From an uncultured Acidimicrobiia bacterium (GTDB lineage: Bacteria; Acidobacteriota; Terriglobia; Versatilivoradales; Versatilivoraceae), in contig CAWBAT010000004.1 in assembly GCA_963786955.1 (NCBI GenBank), forward strand, positions 416,001 to 480,000: a DNA stretch of 64,000 nucleotides. Reading direction: 5' to 3'. This document shows, piece by piece, positions 19,757 to 28,196 of this stretch. Position numbers and translations under genes: made by a program. The notes beneath the pieces are model-generated. The model was given only the letters and a program-made list of their open reading frames with translations, did no database searches and was not told the DNA's origin. How positions within the stretch are numbered: the first letter of the stretch is position 1; every line of letters begins with the position of its first letter.

Positions 19757-20716
19757 ATGCCCGAAATTCCCCAGCCTCCTCTTGACGGATTTCAACCCTT
19801 GGTCCAGACACACCCGGTAACTGTGTATGAGCCAGCGTATCGTCCGAAGTACAAGCTAAGCCTTTTGCTTTTCGTCATTACGGCAATTTCGACTCTATCC
19901 GTGGGCGCAGAGTACAACTACTATTACAAAATCAACGGCCCGAGCGATGAAGCCATTGGTGCACTGGGACATCTGATAAAGCAACCGTCCATGCTTCTGA
20001 GTGGTTTTCCTTTTGTACTCACTCTGTTGGGGTTCTTGATGGCTCACGAAATGGGACATTTTCTGGCCTGCCAGTACTACGGGATTCGCTCAACCCTGCC
20101 GTATTTCATTCCTTTTCCGAATCTTATCGGAACATTGGGGGCATTCATTCGGATTCGCTCACCCTTTGAAAATCGAAAGGCTCTTTTTGACGTCGGGATC
20201 GCAGGACCTATTGCCGGATTCGTTGTCGCCGTTCCTGCTTTGATCATGTCACTTCCTTTTTCAAAAGTAACTCCCATGAAACCCGGATTCTCTTATTTTC
20301 TATTCGGCGAGTCCCTCATGTTTAAGTTTGTGGCGTGGATTTTCGGGCTGCATTTCCCGGCGGGCATGGACATCAATTATCACCCAGTGGCATTTGCGGC
20401 TTTAGTTGGTCTGTTTGCCACCGCACTCAATCTTTTGCCGGTCGGCCAATTAGATGGCGGGCACATCATCTACGCTTTATTTGGACGCCGACATCGACTG
20501 ATATCCAAAGTTTTTGTGTTTGGGGTGATTCCGTTGTTGATGTTCTTCTGGACAGCCTGGCTCATGTGGGCTGTAATCCCATTGATTCTGGGAATCAACC
20601 ATCCGCCGACTATGGATGATGAAGCTCCTCTCGGGACCAAGCGCAAGGTCGTGGCTGTGCTGGGCCTCATCATCTTTCTCCTCAGTTTTTCTCCCACCCC
20701 GATTCGACTGATTTGA
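19757..20716 (+). CDS. Site-2 protease (peptidase M50)
   Basis: HEMGH, AGP and NLLPVGQLDGG motifs with multiple TM segments. Confidence 0.9.
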   Translation: MPEIPQPPLDGFQPLVQTHPVTVYEPAYRPKYKLSLLLFVITAISTLSVGAEYNYYYKINGPSDEAIGALGHLIKQPSMLLSGFPFVLTLLGFLMAHEMGHFLACQYYGIRSTLPYFIPFPNLIGTLGAFIRIRSPFENRKALFDVGIAGPIAGFVVAVPALIMSLPFSKVTPMKPGFSYFLFGESLMFKFVAWIFGLHFPAGMDINYHPVAFAALVGLFATALNLLPVGQLDGGHIIYALFGRRHRLISKVFVFGVIPLLMFFWTAWLMWAVIPLILGINHPPTMDDEAPLGTKRKVVAVLGLIIFLLSFSPTPIRLI

Positions 20717-20723
20717 TTTTTCT

Positions 20724-23177
20724 TCACATCAAGTCGATGGGATCAATATCGATTTGCAGCCGGCTAAAATCGATTCCTTGCTTTTCACCTTGTGCCAGGC
20801 ATCGTTGCAGCAATTCTTTGAGCGTCTGGCGGGTTTTCGCTTTGATGAGGATCTGGTAGCGATGCTCGTTCTTCAGCCTTGCCAACGGAGAGAGAGCCGG
20901 CCCGAAAATACGAGTTTCGGTGTTTACGAGGCCGGATAAGACATCTGCGAAGCTATTAATCAGCCTGACCGCTCGATCCAGGTTGCGGTCGCGGGACAAA
21001 ATATTCGCCATGGCCGTAAAGGGTGGATAGTGCATCAACTTTCGGAACTTGAGTTCTTTTTCGAAAAACCCTTCATAGTCATGTTTCCGGACAAATTGCA
21101 GGCAGTAATGTTCCGGGAAGTAGGTTTGAATCAAGACCTGTCCCATGAGCTCACCACGGCCAGCCCGTCCTGACATCTGGGTAAATAACTGAAAGGTCCG
21201 CTCGGCGCTCCGAAAATCGGGTAACGAGAGCACACTGTCAGCCGAAAGGATTCCCACCAGGGTGACCTGATGAAAATCGTGTCCTTTCGAAATCATCTGC
21301 GTTCCGGTCAGAATATCAATCTCTCCAGTCTGCACCTGCCGCAGGATCTTCAGATGGGCATTCTTCTTCCGCGCGGTATCTCGATCCAAGCGCGCAATTC
21401 GAGCCTGTGGGAAAATCTTATCCAAGACTGCTTCAATCTTCTCTGTCCCCTCCCCCAGAAAATGAAGATGCTCACTGCCACAAGCCGGACAATTTCCCGG
21501 AACCGCTTGTTCGTAGGAACAATAGTGACACACCAGGCCATTCTTAGATTTATGATAAGTGAGGGTGATGCTGCAATTCCGGCAGCGAATGCTCTGTCCA
21601 CAATGCCGGCAGAGTAAGCTCGCTGAGTACCCTCTCCGGTTGAGGAGCACGAGAGTCTGCTCCTTTCGGGCAAGACGCACTTGGATCTGCTCTTTGAGAA
21701 CACTGGAGAGCGTTGGCTTCTTCCCTCCGATCTTGAACTCTTCTCTCATATCCACTAGGGTGACTTCTGGAAGGGGGCGGTCTTGAACCCGTGACGCTAG
21801 CCGGAGGTATTGATATTTCCCGTTCTTCGCATTGTAAAAAGTCTCAACGGAGGGAGTCGCGGACCCTAAGATGACCACCGCATTTTCCTGCTTTCCTCGC
21901 ACCAACGCTGTATCCCGCCCGTTATAACGTGGGCTTTCGTGTTGCTTAAAGGAAGGATCATGCTCTTCGTCCACGACAATGAGGCCAATGTTGTGGAGCG
22001 GAGCAAAAACGGCCGAGCGGGTTCCGATCACAACCTTGGCTTCTCCTCGACGAATTCTCCACCACTCATCAAAGCGCTCGCCATCAGACAATCCGCTGTG
22101 AAGAATTGCTGAGGCATTTTTCAAGCGCCCGCGAAACTCCTGGGCTACCCGGGGAGTAAGTCCGATTTCCGGCATTAATATCAGGCAAGTTTTCCCCATT
22201 GCCAGGGACTGCTCAATGAGCGTCAAGTAAATTTCGGTTTTTCCGCTTCCGGTCACGCCGTGGAGAAGCCAGGAGGAAAAAGAAGTGGCTTGCAGAGCCT
22301 TGCTTAGTTCCGTGATGGCAGCTTTTTGCTCGATGGTGTGTTCAGGCACAACGGAGAAAGAGGGCTGAGGCATCTCTCGATAGGGGTCACGCTGGAGGCG
22401 TTCTGAGGTGATTCGAATCAGACCCTTTTTCTCCAAGGTGTTGACGGTTGATCGAGAAACCTTCTGCTGAGCGAGTAACTCGGTAAGAGCGATCGGCTCT
22501 TTTCTTTTCTGAAGACACTCCAGAATTTCAAGTTGCCTGGCGGTGAGCTTCAAAGTCCCCGTTTTGGATAAATCCGAAAAAGCCAGAGATACTTGAAGCT
22601 GTGTTTTTTCTGAACAGCTGCTTGGGCTAAAAGAGTGGTCGATCCTCACCCATTGGTTTGAGACAAGTTTCGGCAACATTCGATCGGCCGAGGCAATGCC
22701 GGTTTCATTTTTGAGCTCGAGTGAAGTCAGCGATTTCTTTTGTGCAAGGATCCTGAGAACGCGTGTTTCTTGTTCATTGAGGCCGGGCAATGCCTCAGCC
22801 TTGGCCACCTCTTCTCCTTGACTGGTAATGACTGCGTGTTTGTGGCTTTTGAGGCTGCCCCCCGGCGGTAGACAAGCTTTAAGCACTTCCCCTAAGGAGG
22901 CAAAATAGTAATCCGCAATCCATTGGCTGAGTTTGAACAGGCTGGCTGGAATCACCGGAACCGGGTCGACGACCTTGAGAATGTCCTTGATGGCGACACT
23001 GCTCTGGATTTCTACGGGAAGCTGCGCGTGGGTTTTCACCACAAATCCCATCATCTTCCGGTTTTGAAAAGGGACGAGGACTCTTTGGGCGGGCTGGGCC
23101 GATTCAAAGATTTCTTGCTCACATCGGTAGTAAAAAGTCCGATGAAGTGGTAACGGCAGGGCGACTTCGAGGAACAT
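20724..23177 (-). CDS. priA: Primosomal protein N' (PriA)
   Basis: GVTGSGKT, DEEH, SATPS, a Cys-rich zinc region and QMSGRAGR. Confidence 0.96.
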   Translation of the reverse strand: MFLEVALPLPLHRTFYYRCEQEIFESAQPAQRVLVPFQNRKMMGFVVKTHAQLPVEIQSSVAIKDILKVVDPVPVIPASLFKLSQWIADYYFASLGEVLKACLPPGGSLKSHKHAVITSQGEEVAKAEALPGLNEQETRVLRILAQKKSLTSLELKNETGIASADRMLPKLVSNQWVRIDHSFSPSSCSEKTQLQVSLAFSDLSKTGTLKLTARQLEILECLQKRKEPIALTELLAQQKVSRSTVNTLEKKGLIRITSERLQRDPYREMPQPSFSVVPEHTIEQKAAITELSKALQATSFSSWLLHGVTGSGKTEIYLTLIEQSLAMGKTCLILMPEIGLTPRVAQEFRGRLKNASAILHSGLSDGERFDEWWRIRRGEAKVVIGTRSAVFAPLHNIGLIVVDEEHDPSFKQHESPRYNGRDTALVRGKQENAVVILGSATPSVETFYNAKNGKYQYLRLASRVQDRPLPEVTLVDMREEFKIGGKKPTLSSVLKEQIQVRLARKEQTLVLLNRRGYSASLLCRHCGQSIRCRNCSITLTYHKSKNGLVCHYCSYEQAVPGNCPACGSEHLHFLGEGTEKIEAVLDKIFPQARIARLDRDTARKKNAHLKILRQVQTGEIDILTGTQMISKGHDFHQVTLVGILSADSVLSLPDFRSAERTFQLFTQMSGRAGRGELMGQVLIQTYFPEHYCLQFVRKHDYEGFFEKELKFRKLMHYPPFTAMANILSRDRNLDRAVRLINSFADVLSGLVNTETRIFGPALSPLARLKNEHRYQILIKAKTRQTLKELLQRCLAQGEKQGIDFSRLQIDIDPIDLM

Positions 23178-23511
23178 GCCTTATGGACTTTTGAGTTTAG
23201 GAATGGCTGAGTAAGGGATCACAGCTTTGATATTCGCTTGGCAAACGGCTGCATGAACAATTCTACTGCATCAGAATTGCAGACCTGATTTCCCTACTGC
23301 GCAGTTATTGCCAAACTGTGTTCGTTGAGTTTCACGCGGTTGTGAATCTAATTTCATGCGCTTCATGATAACTTTCATGAGTTTTCATTATGGCCCTGTC
23401 AATAGGCTGGCTCAAGGGATTTCTGCTTGACCGTTGGTCGATGTGTCATTCAGCCTAAGGACTACTATTCGTAATTACGGTGAGCCGTCTTTGGATAGGC
23501 GCCGCGTGAGG

Positions 23512-23570
23512 TTGGAGCTTTGAGAAAGCCCCAAGCCTACAAAATTGTAGGCCGGGTCACCGACCCGGCG
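23512..23570. repeat. Two divergent GTAG-type REP-like hairpins
   Basis: + strand GTAG-GCCGGGTC-ACC-GACCCGGC (23547-23569); - strand GTAG-GC-TTGGGGCTTT-CTC-AAAGCTCCAA (23540-23512). Confidence 0.5.
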
Positions 23571-23849
23571 TAACGGTCACTGTATTTATGAAAAGCATTA
23601 CTTAGTTTCGGGGTGGCGCACCCATTAGAAGGCCTTTGTCAATAGAACAAACTACCCCTTGAGTGCGACGTAGACTTTTTTGCAAAGGCTCCCTTGCCAG
23701 ATTCCTTTCTCGATCTTCAGAGCTAGCGGCTCATCGAGGACCGTACGCTGTCTACCGGCGGCCTTAGCTGGGTCTACGGGCTAAATTCCTTAGCTTTCTC
23801 CAGCCATGATTCGAACTGGAGAAGGCGGAAGGATCCCGGCCGAGTTTTT

Positions 23850-24177
23850 GAACCACGCACCCAGGGTTTTCTTGCTTGAGGATCGGCTCGTATCGAGTCC
23901 GTCCATGCACCCATCAGGATCAAGGCTATCGAGGACCATTGGCCTCATTAGCCCCTGGCGCCGTGCGGCGCCCCAGAAAATCGTTGGTACCAGACCGTGT
24001 CCAATGGGCGTGACCGGGTCACAGAATCGGTGGTTCTCCAAGCCAACCGGCTTGGACCAGCGCCGGGCAGGCTCGCGGTCTGGGCGTGCTCGAAAACATC
24101 AGCCTATATCGGGACGGGGACTGTGTCCAATCAGACAGCTGGATTTACACCAGCGCCACCCAAGGCTCACAGCCCCC
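23850..24177 (-). ncRNA. Putative bridge/seek RNA in the 3' non-coding end of the IS
   Basis: Stem-closed internal loops carry guides that match the target (GGGTGGCGC; TGTCTG) and the donor junction (ACGATTTTC vs ATGATTATC; CTGATGGGTG vs CTAATGGGTG). Exact RNA ends are unknown. Confidence 0.75.
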
Positions 24178-24185
24178 ACCCAGCT

Positions 24186-25205
24186 TTAGCTGCTGAACAA
24201 GCGGGTCGGTTCAAACCGCACCTGATCTCGCAGCACATAATAACAGGCCCGCGCCAGCTTGTGAGCCAGGGCCTTAATTGCCAGCGTCCGATTGACGGCG
24301 GCTGTTTTCCGTTCCACAAATCGTCGGGCTGACCCATACGACCGGGCCGCGTGGGTCGCTGCCTCCACAAAGGCCCAGGCCAGATACCGGTTGCCGTTAT
24401 GGCGGTTGTTCTCCCCTTTCTTCTTCTGGTTGCTCAACCGGGTGCTGGCGACACAGCGGCAGTAAGAGGCGTAATCACCGACTTGAGGGAATCGCCCGAT
24501 GTCGCCGGTCTCCAGCCAGATGGTCAGGGCGAGAATTGGTCCCACCCCATAGACACTTTGCAACAACTCAAAGGAGGCTTCCGGCTTGGCCTGGCTCTTG
24601 AGCTGTTTCTCAATGACCGCAATCTGTTTGTCCAGAGCCTGGATCACCAGCAGCGAACTCTCCACCGCCAGCCTCCGTTCCCGGTCGGGAAACAACTCCC
24701 GAACCTCGGCGACACTCAGCTGCCGAATCGGGGTGTCGGGACTGCGCCGTCCCTGGTGGCGACTCAACAGATTGTTGACGTGCAATAACTGACTGGTGCA
24801 TTGCCTCACCAGAAAACTGCGTTGTCGCAACAGATCTCTCAGTGGCCGCTGCCCAGCCGGGTAAATGTAGCCGGTTGGCAAAAGCTTCAGCCGCAGCATC
24901 TCCCCCAGCCAGCGCGCATCTGACTTGTCGTCACTGTACTTGAGCCCCTGGTACTGCTGCATCGCATTCGGGTTGGCCAGCTTCACCGAGTAGCCCGCTT
25001 CCTTCAGTCCATCCACCAACCAGTACCAGTTGTAGGTCGACTCCACGGCCAGCTCCACAATCTGCTCTCGATACGGCTCTAGTTGCTCTAGCACCACCAT
25101 CATCTCATTGGGCAACCGACACCGATGCACCACGATTCCTCCTTCGTCCAGCAGCACCAGATAACTGTTGTTGGCATGCAGATCGATTCCGCCATATAGT
25201 TTCAT
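24186..25205 (-). CDS. IS110-family transposase/recombinase (DEDD RuvC-like + Tnp domain)
   Basis: GIDLH, VESTYNW, SDDKSDARWL, SVYGVGPI and STRLSN motifs. AAGGAG RBS upstream. Confidence 0.95.
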   Translation of the reverse strand: MKLYGGIDLHANNSYLVLLDEGGIVVHRCRLPNEMMVVLEQLEPYREQIVELAVESTYNWYWLVDGLKEAGYSVKLANPNAMQQYQGLKYSDDKSDARWLGEMLRLKLLPTGYIYPAGQRPLRDLLRQRSFLVRQCTSQLLHVNNLLSRHQGRRSPDTPIRQLSVAEVRELFPDRERRLAVESSLLVIQALDKQIAVIEKQLKSQAKPEASFELLQSVYGVGPILALTIWLETGDIGRFPQVGDYASYCRCVASTRLSNQKKKGENNRHNGNRYLAWAFVEAATHAARSYGSARRFVERKTAAVNRTLAIKALAHKLARACYYVLRDQVRFEPTRLFSS

Positions 25206-25292
25206 CAGAGGTCTCCTTTCGGGATTAAGTTCGGTACTTAACCCTGAGTCTATCCCATTCGGATAGACTCAGGAGGCCTTCTAGATGATTAT

Positions 25293-25399
25293 CAGACATG
25301 TGGTTTTTGCATGTCTGCGCCAGTCGACAATCGAAAGGCCTGGCCTCAGCGCATGCATTCAATTCGAAGACATGCACACAGCGCATATCTTCACCACCC
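25293..25399. repeat. REPIN-like repeat, copy A (its left end GGGTGGCG is displaced to 23611-23618 by the IS)
   Basis: 107-nt near-identical direct repeat of 27162-27268. Two hairpins with GGGTGG...CCACCC termini. Confidence 0.8.
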
Positions 25400-25472
25400 A
25401 GCGAAATCTATGGAGCAACATAATACAGGCCATTCGCTGATGCCGAAGTCTGTTGCCAACTGAACTAGCTGG

Positions 25473-26827
25473 TCAATCCTTGATGGCCTGGTAAGCCAAA
25501 TTCAATGTCTTTGAGGCCAGGTTCAGGCCTCCGGTTGGATGTAGCTGTCCCATAAAGATTGCAATCATGTCTTCTTTGGGGTCGATCACGAACGAAGTAT
25601 AGAAGAATCCCCCCCAATAATAGGCCCCGAGCGAGCCCAATTCGGTCAGATGTCTAGGCTCGCCGTTGACGCCAAAACCAAGCCCATAGCCCATGTCGTC
25701 GAGCTTTCCCTGGACGTGATTTTGCGAGACGAGTTCAACAGACTTCCGGCTCAGCAGGCGTACACCATTCAACTCACCGCCCTTCAGCAGCATCTGGCAA
25801 AACCGGTAATAATCTTCGGCTGTTGAGCACAGCCCCCCCCACCGGAAAAGTAAGTCCGGGGCCCATGGTAGGGATAATCGGAAGAATAGACAAACGCTCC
25901 TTCTTCAACGACCTGTTTCTCGGCAAATGGCTGGAGCCCCTTTGCAGGATAGTAGGTATAGGCGGTTGCCAGCCGTGTTAGTTTCTCTTCCGGCACAAAG
26001 AAACAGGTGTCCTTCATCCCCATTGGTTTAAAGATCCGTTCCCGGAAGAACTGGTCAAGCGTCATCCCTGAAATCACTTCGACCAGGTATCCCAACACAT
26101 CGTCCGAAAGACTGTATTCCCAGGCCTCACCAGGCTGAAAGAGGAGAGGGAGAGAAGCGAGCTTCCTTACCGCATCACCGATGCTCCCTTCCTGCGGGAA
26201 CAGGCCGTGACCAATACTGGCTTCCCGATATCCCTTACCCAGACGATCGTTCCAGTGGTAGGTGAGTCCGGAAGTATGCGTGAGCAGGTGGCGGATCGTG
26301 ATGGGGCGTCTGGCATCTGTCAGGAATCCCGGAGGGGAGGTCTTGTCCTGAGGAAAGGGGGGGTCCAGAACCTTCATATTCTTGAATTCCGGGATAAAGT
26401 TGGAGACGGGATCGTTCAACAGGAAACGTCCTTCCTCGTAGAGCATCATCACGGCCACACTGGTAATAGGCTTGGTCATGGAGCAGATCCGAAAGATCTG
26501 GTCCGTGTGCATGGGCGTCCTGGCCTCCCGGTTCGCCATGCCGAACGCTTTGAAATAGGCAACCTTGCCGTGGCGAGCAACAAGTGTGACGGCGCCAGCG
26601 ATGCGGCTGTCGTCAATGCTTTTCTGGACTACATTGTCGATTCGTTCAAGGCGCTCCGATGAAAGTTCTACATCTTCTGGAGAACCGGCCGATGCGACTG
26701 TTTCAGAATGAAGTGAGGTTGTTTTGGATACAGCCAACTTCTTGGCTGACGATTCGGGGCGGACTACGAGTCCCAGGGAGATTACTAACAGCAGGGAGAA
26801 CGATAATTTCCGAGCGAAATTGTTCAT
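25473..26827 (-). pseudogene. Beta-lactamase-related serine hydrolase, frameshifted at a C8 run (25833-25840)
   Basis: SMTK, HLLTHTSGL and WEYS in the first ORF; YYWGG in the second. One more G would restore SGGGGLCSTAEDYYRF. Confidence 0.8.
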
Positions 26828-27159
26828 CGAAGTTGCTCCTCATATTTTGTTACTTCTTCGCCTACTGCTGCCGTGGTCAGGTTGGTAAACAGTTTTAGGA
26901 CGAAGAAAGATTTGCCCATTTCTTGCCGACTTCCCCTGACTCACTGAGAACGTCAAGGAAAATGCAATGTTGATTCCTGACCTATATTCCCCTTGGACCT
27001 AATTTCTGAGAAAAAAAAGTGGTTCTAGGCAAACAAATAAGTCAAATATTCAAGCTTACTCAAAACAAATGAGCTGACTCGTCTGGTCCGCCCCCAGCTC
27101 CAATCGCTAGGATTTGAGTCTTGTTGTTAAAGACGTTCTGTCCATGTAATTTGATTCCA

Positions 27160-27268
27160 CGCAGACATGTGCTTCTTACATGCCTGCGTCAGTCGACAAT
27201 CGAAAGGCCTGGCCTCAGCGCGTGAATTCAATTCGAAGACATGCATACAACGCATGTCTTCACCACCC
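27160..27268. repeat. REPIN-like repeat, copy B
   Basis: CGCAGACATG...GTCGACAATCGAAAGGCCTGGCCTCAGCGC...CTTCACCACCC, matching copy A. Confidence 0.8.
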
Positions 27269-27347
27269 GCCGGATTAGTGGAACTTCCACAGTAGGGTTA
27301 GGAAGCCCCTTCAAGGCTTCATCTTTTGCTGCGGGGGGTCTTGCCGG

Positions 27348-28196
27348 CTATCCTTTGCTCTCGGGCCCGGGTGCCGACTGGTCCAGCAAGTCACGAACCT
27401 TCTTCATGTCTTCCCAGACATCGCGTTTGGCTTCGGGGTTCCGCAGTAGGTAAGAGGGATGAAAGGTAGGCATGACCTTGGTTCCCAAACAATCATGGAA
27501 ACGTCCGCGGAGTCGGCCGATTGGGACTTTGGTCTGCAGGATCGTCTGAGCCGCAGCAGCCCCAAGACAACAAATAACGGTCGGCCGGATGGATTCCAGC
27601 TGACGGAGCAAGAAAGGGGAGCAGGCCGCCACTTCATCCGGTTCCGGATATCGATTATTGGGGGGACGACATTTGACAACGTTGCAGATATAGACTTGGT
27701 CACGGGTGAGCTGAATGGCTTCAATGATTTTCGTCAAGAGCTGCCCGGCCCGGCCGACAAATGGGAGTCCTGCTTCGTCTTCATCAGCTCCCGGCCCTTC
27801 TCCCACAAAGACGAGACGTGCCTTGGCGTCTCCCGCTCCGAAAACAATATTCATTCGCGTGGAGCAGAGCTTGCACCGTTTGCAGTCTCCAAGGCCTGTC
27901 TGGATTTCTTCCAGTGTCTCTTGCTTGCCCGTTACAGGAGAAGAAAGGGCAGAAAGAGATGGACTCGACTCTTGAACTTCGCGTGTTTTTTCTTTGGACT
28001 CGGGATAAGGTGTCTTGGGTGTCATAAATTGAGAGGAGATGGACGGTTCGGTGACAAGAGGATGGGTTACAGAAGGTTCCGGAGATTGTGCCCGTCCTGG
28101 CTTTTGGACTTTGAGGCCATCGATGCCAATCTCCCGGTAATACTCAAGGCGCGCCTTGAGTTGATCGAGATAGAATTGTTGGGATTGCTCAGCCAC
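27348..28196 (-). CDS. Uracil-DNA glycosylase family 4
   Basis: CKRCKLC, GEGPG, FVGRAG, NVVKCRPP and HPSYLLR motifs. Confidence 0.92.
   Translation of the reverse strand: MAEQSQQFYLDQLKARLEYYREIGIDGLKVQKPGRAQSPEPSVTHPLVTEPSISSQFMTPKTPYPESKEKTREVQESSPSLSALSSPVTGKQETLEEIQTGLGDCKRCKLCSTRMNIVFGAGDAKARLVFVGEGPGADEDEAGLPFVGRAGQLLTKIIEAIQLTRDQVYICNVVKCRPPNNRYPEPDEVAACSPFLLRQLESIRPTVICCLGAAAAQTILQTKVPIGRLRGRFHDCLGTKVMPTFHPSYLLRNPEAKRDVWEDMKKVRDLLDQSAPGPESKG

Larger units (their letters stand above)
23621..25294 (-). mobile_element. IS110-family (IS1111-type) insertion sequence, 1674 bp, with a CA core
   Basis: Contains the transposase and subterminal IRs TAGAAGGCCT (23626-35) / AGGCCTTCTA (25274-83). 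CA occurs at 23619-20 and 25293-94. Removing the element restores the palindrome TGGCGCAGACATG...CATGTCTGCGCCA. Confidence 0.9.

Noticed and set aside
23790-24189. ORFs 23790-24041 (-) and 23806-24189 (+) as IS passenger genes
   Set aside because: No recognisable motifs. The region is better explained as structured guide RNA.
25293-27268. 107-nt repeats as integron attC sites or a CRISPR array
   Set aside because: No RYYYAAC/GTTRRRY ends, no integrase, no cas genes, and only two copies with no spacer periodicity.
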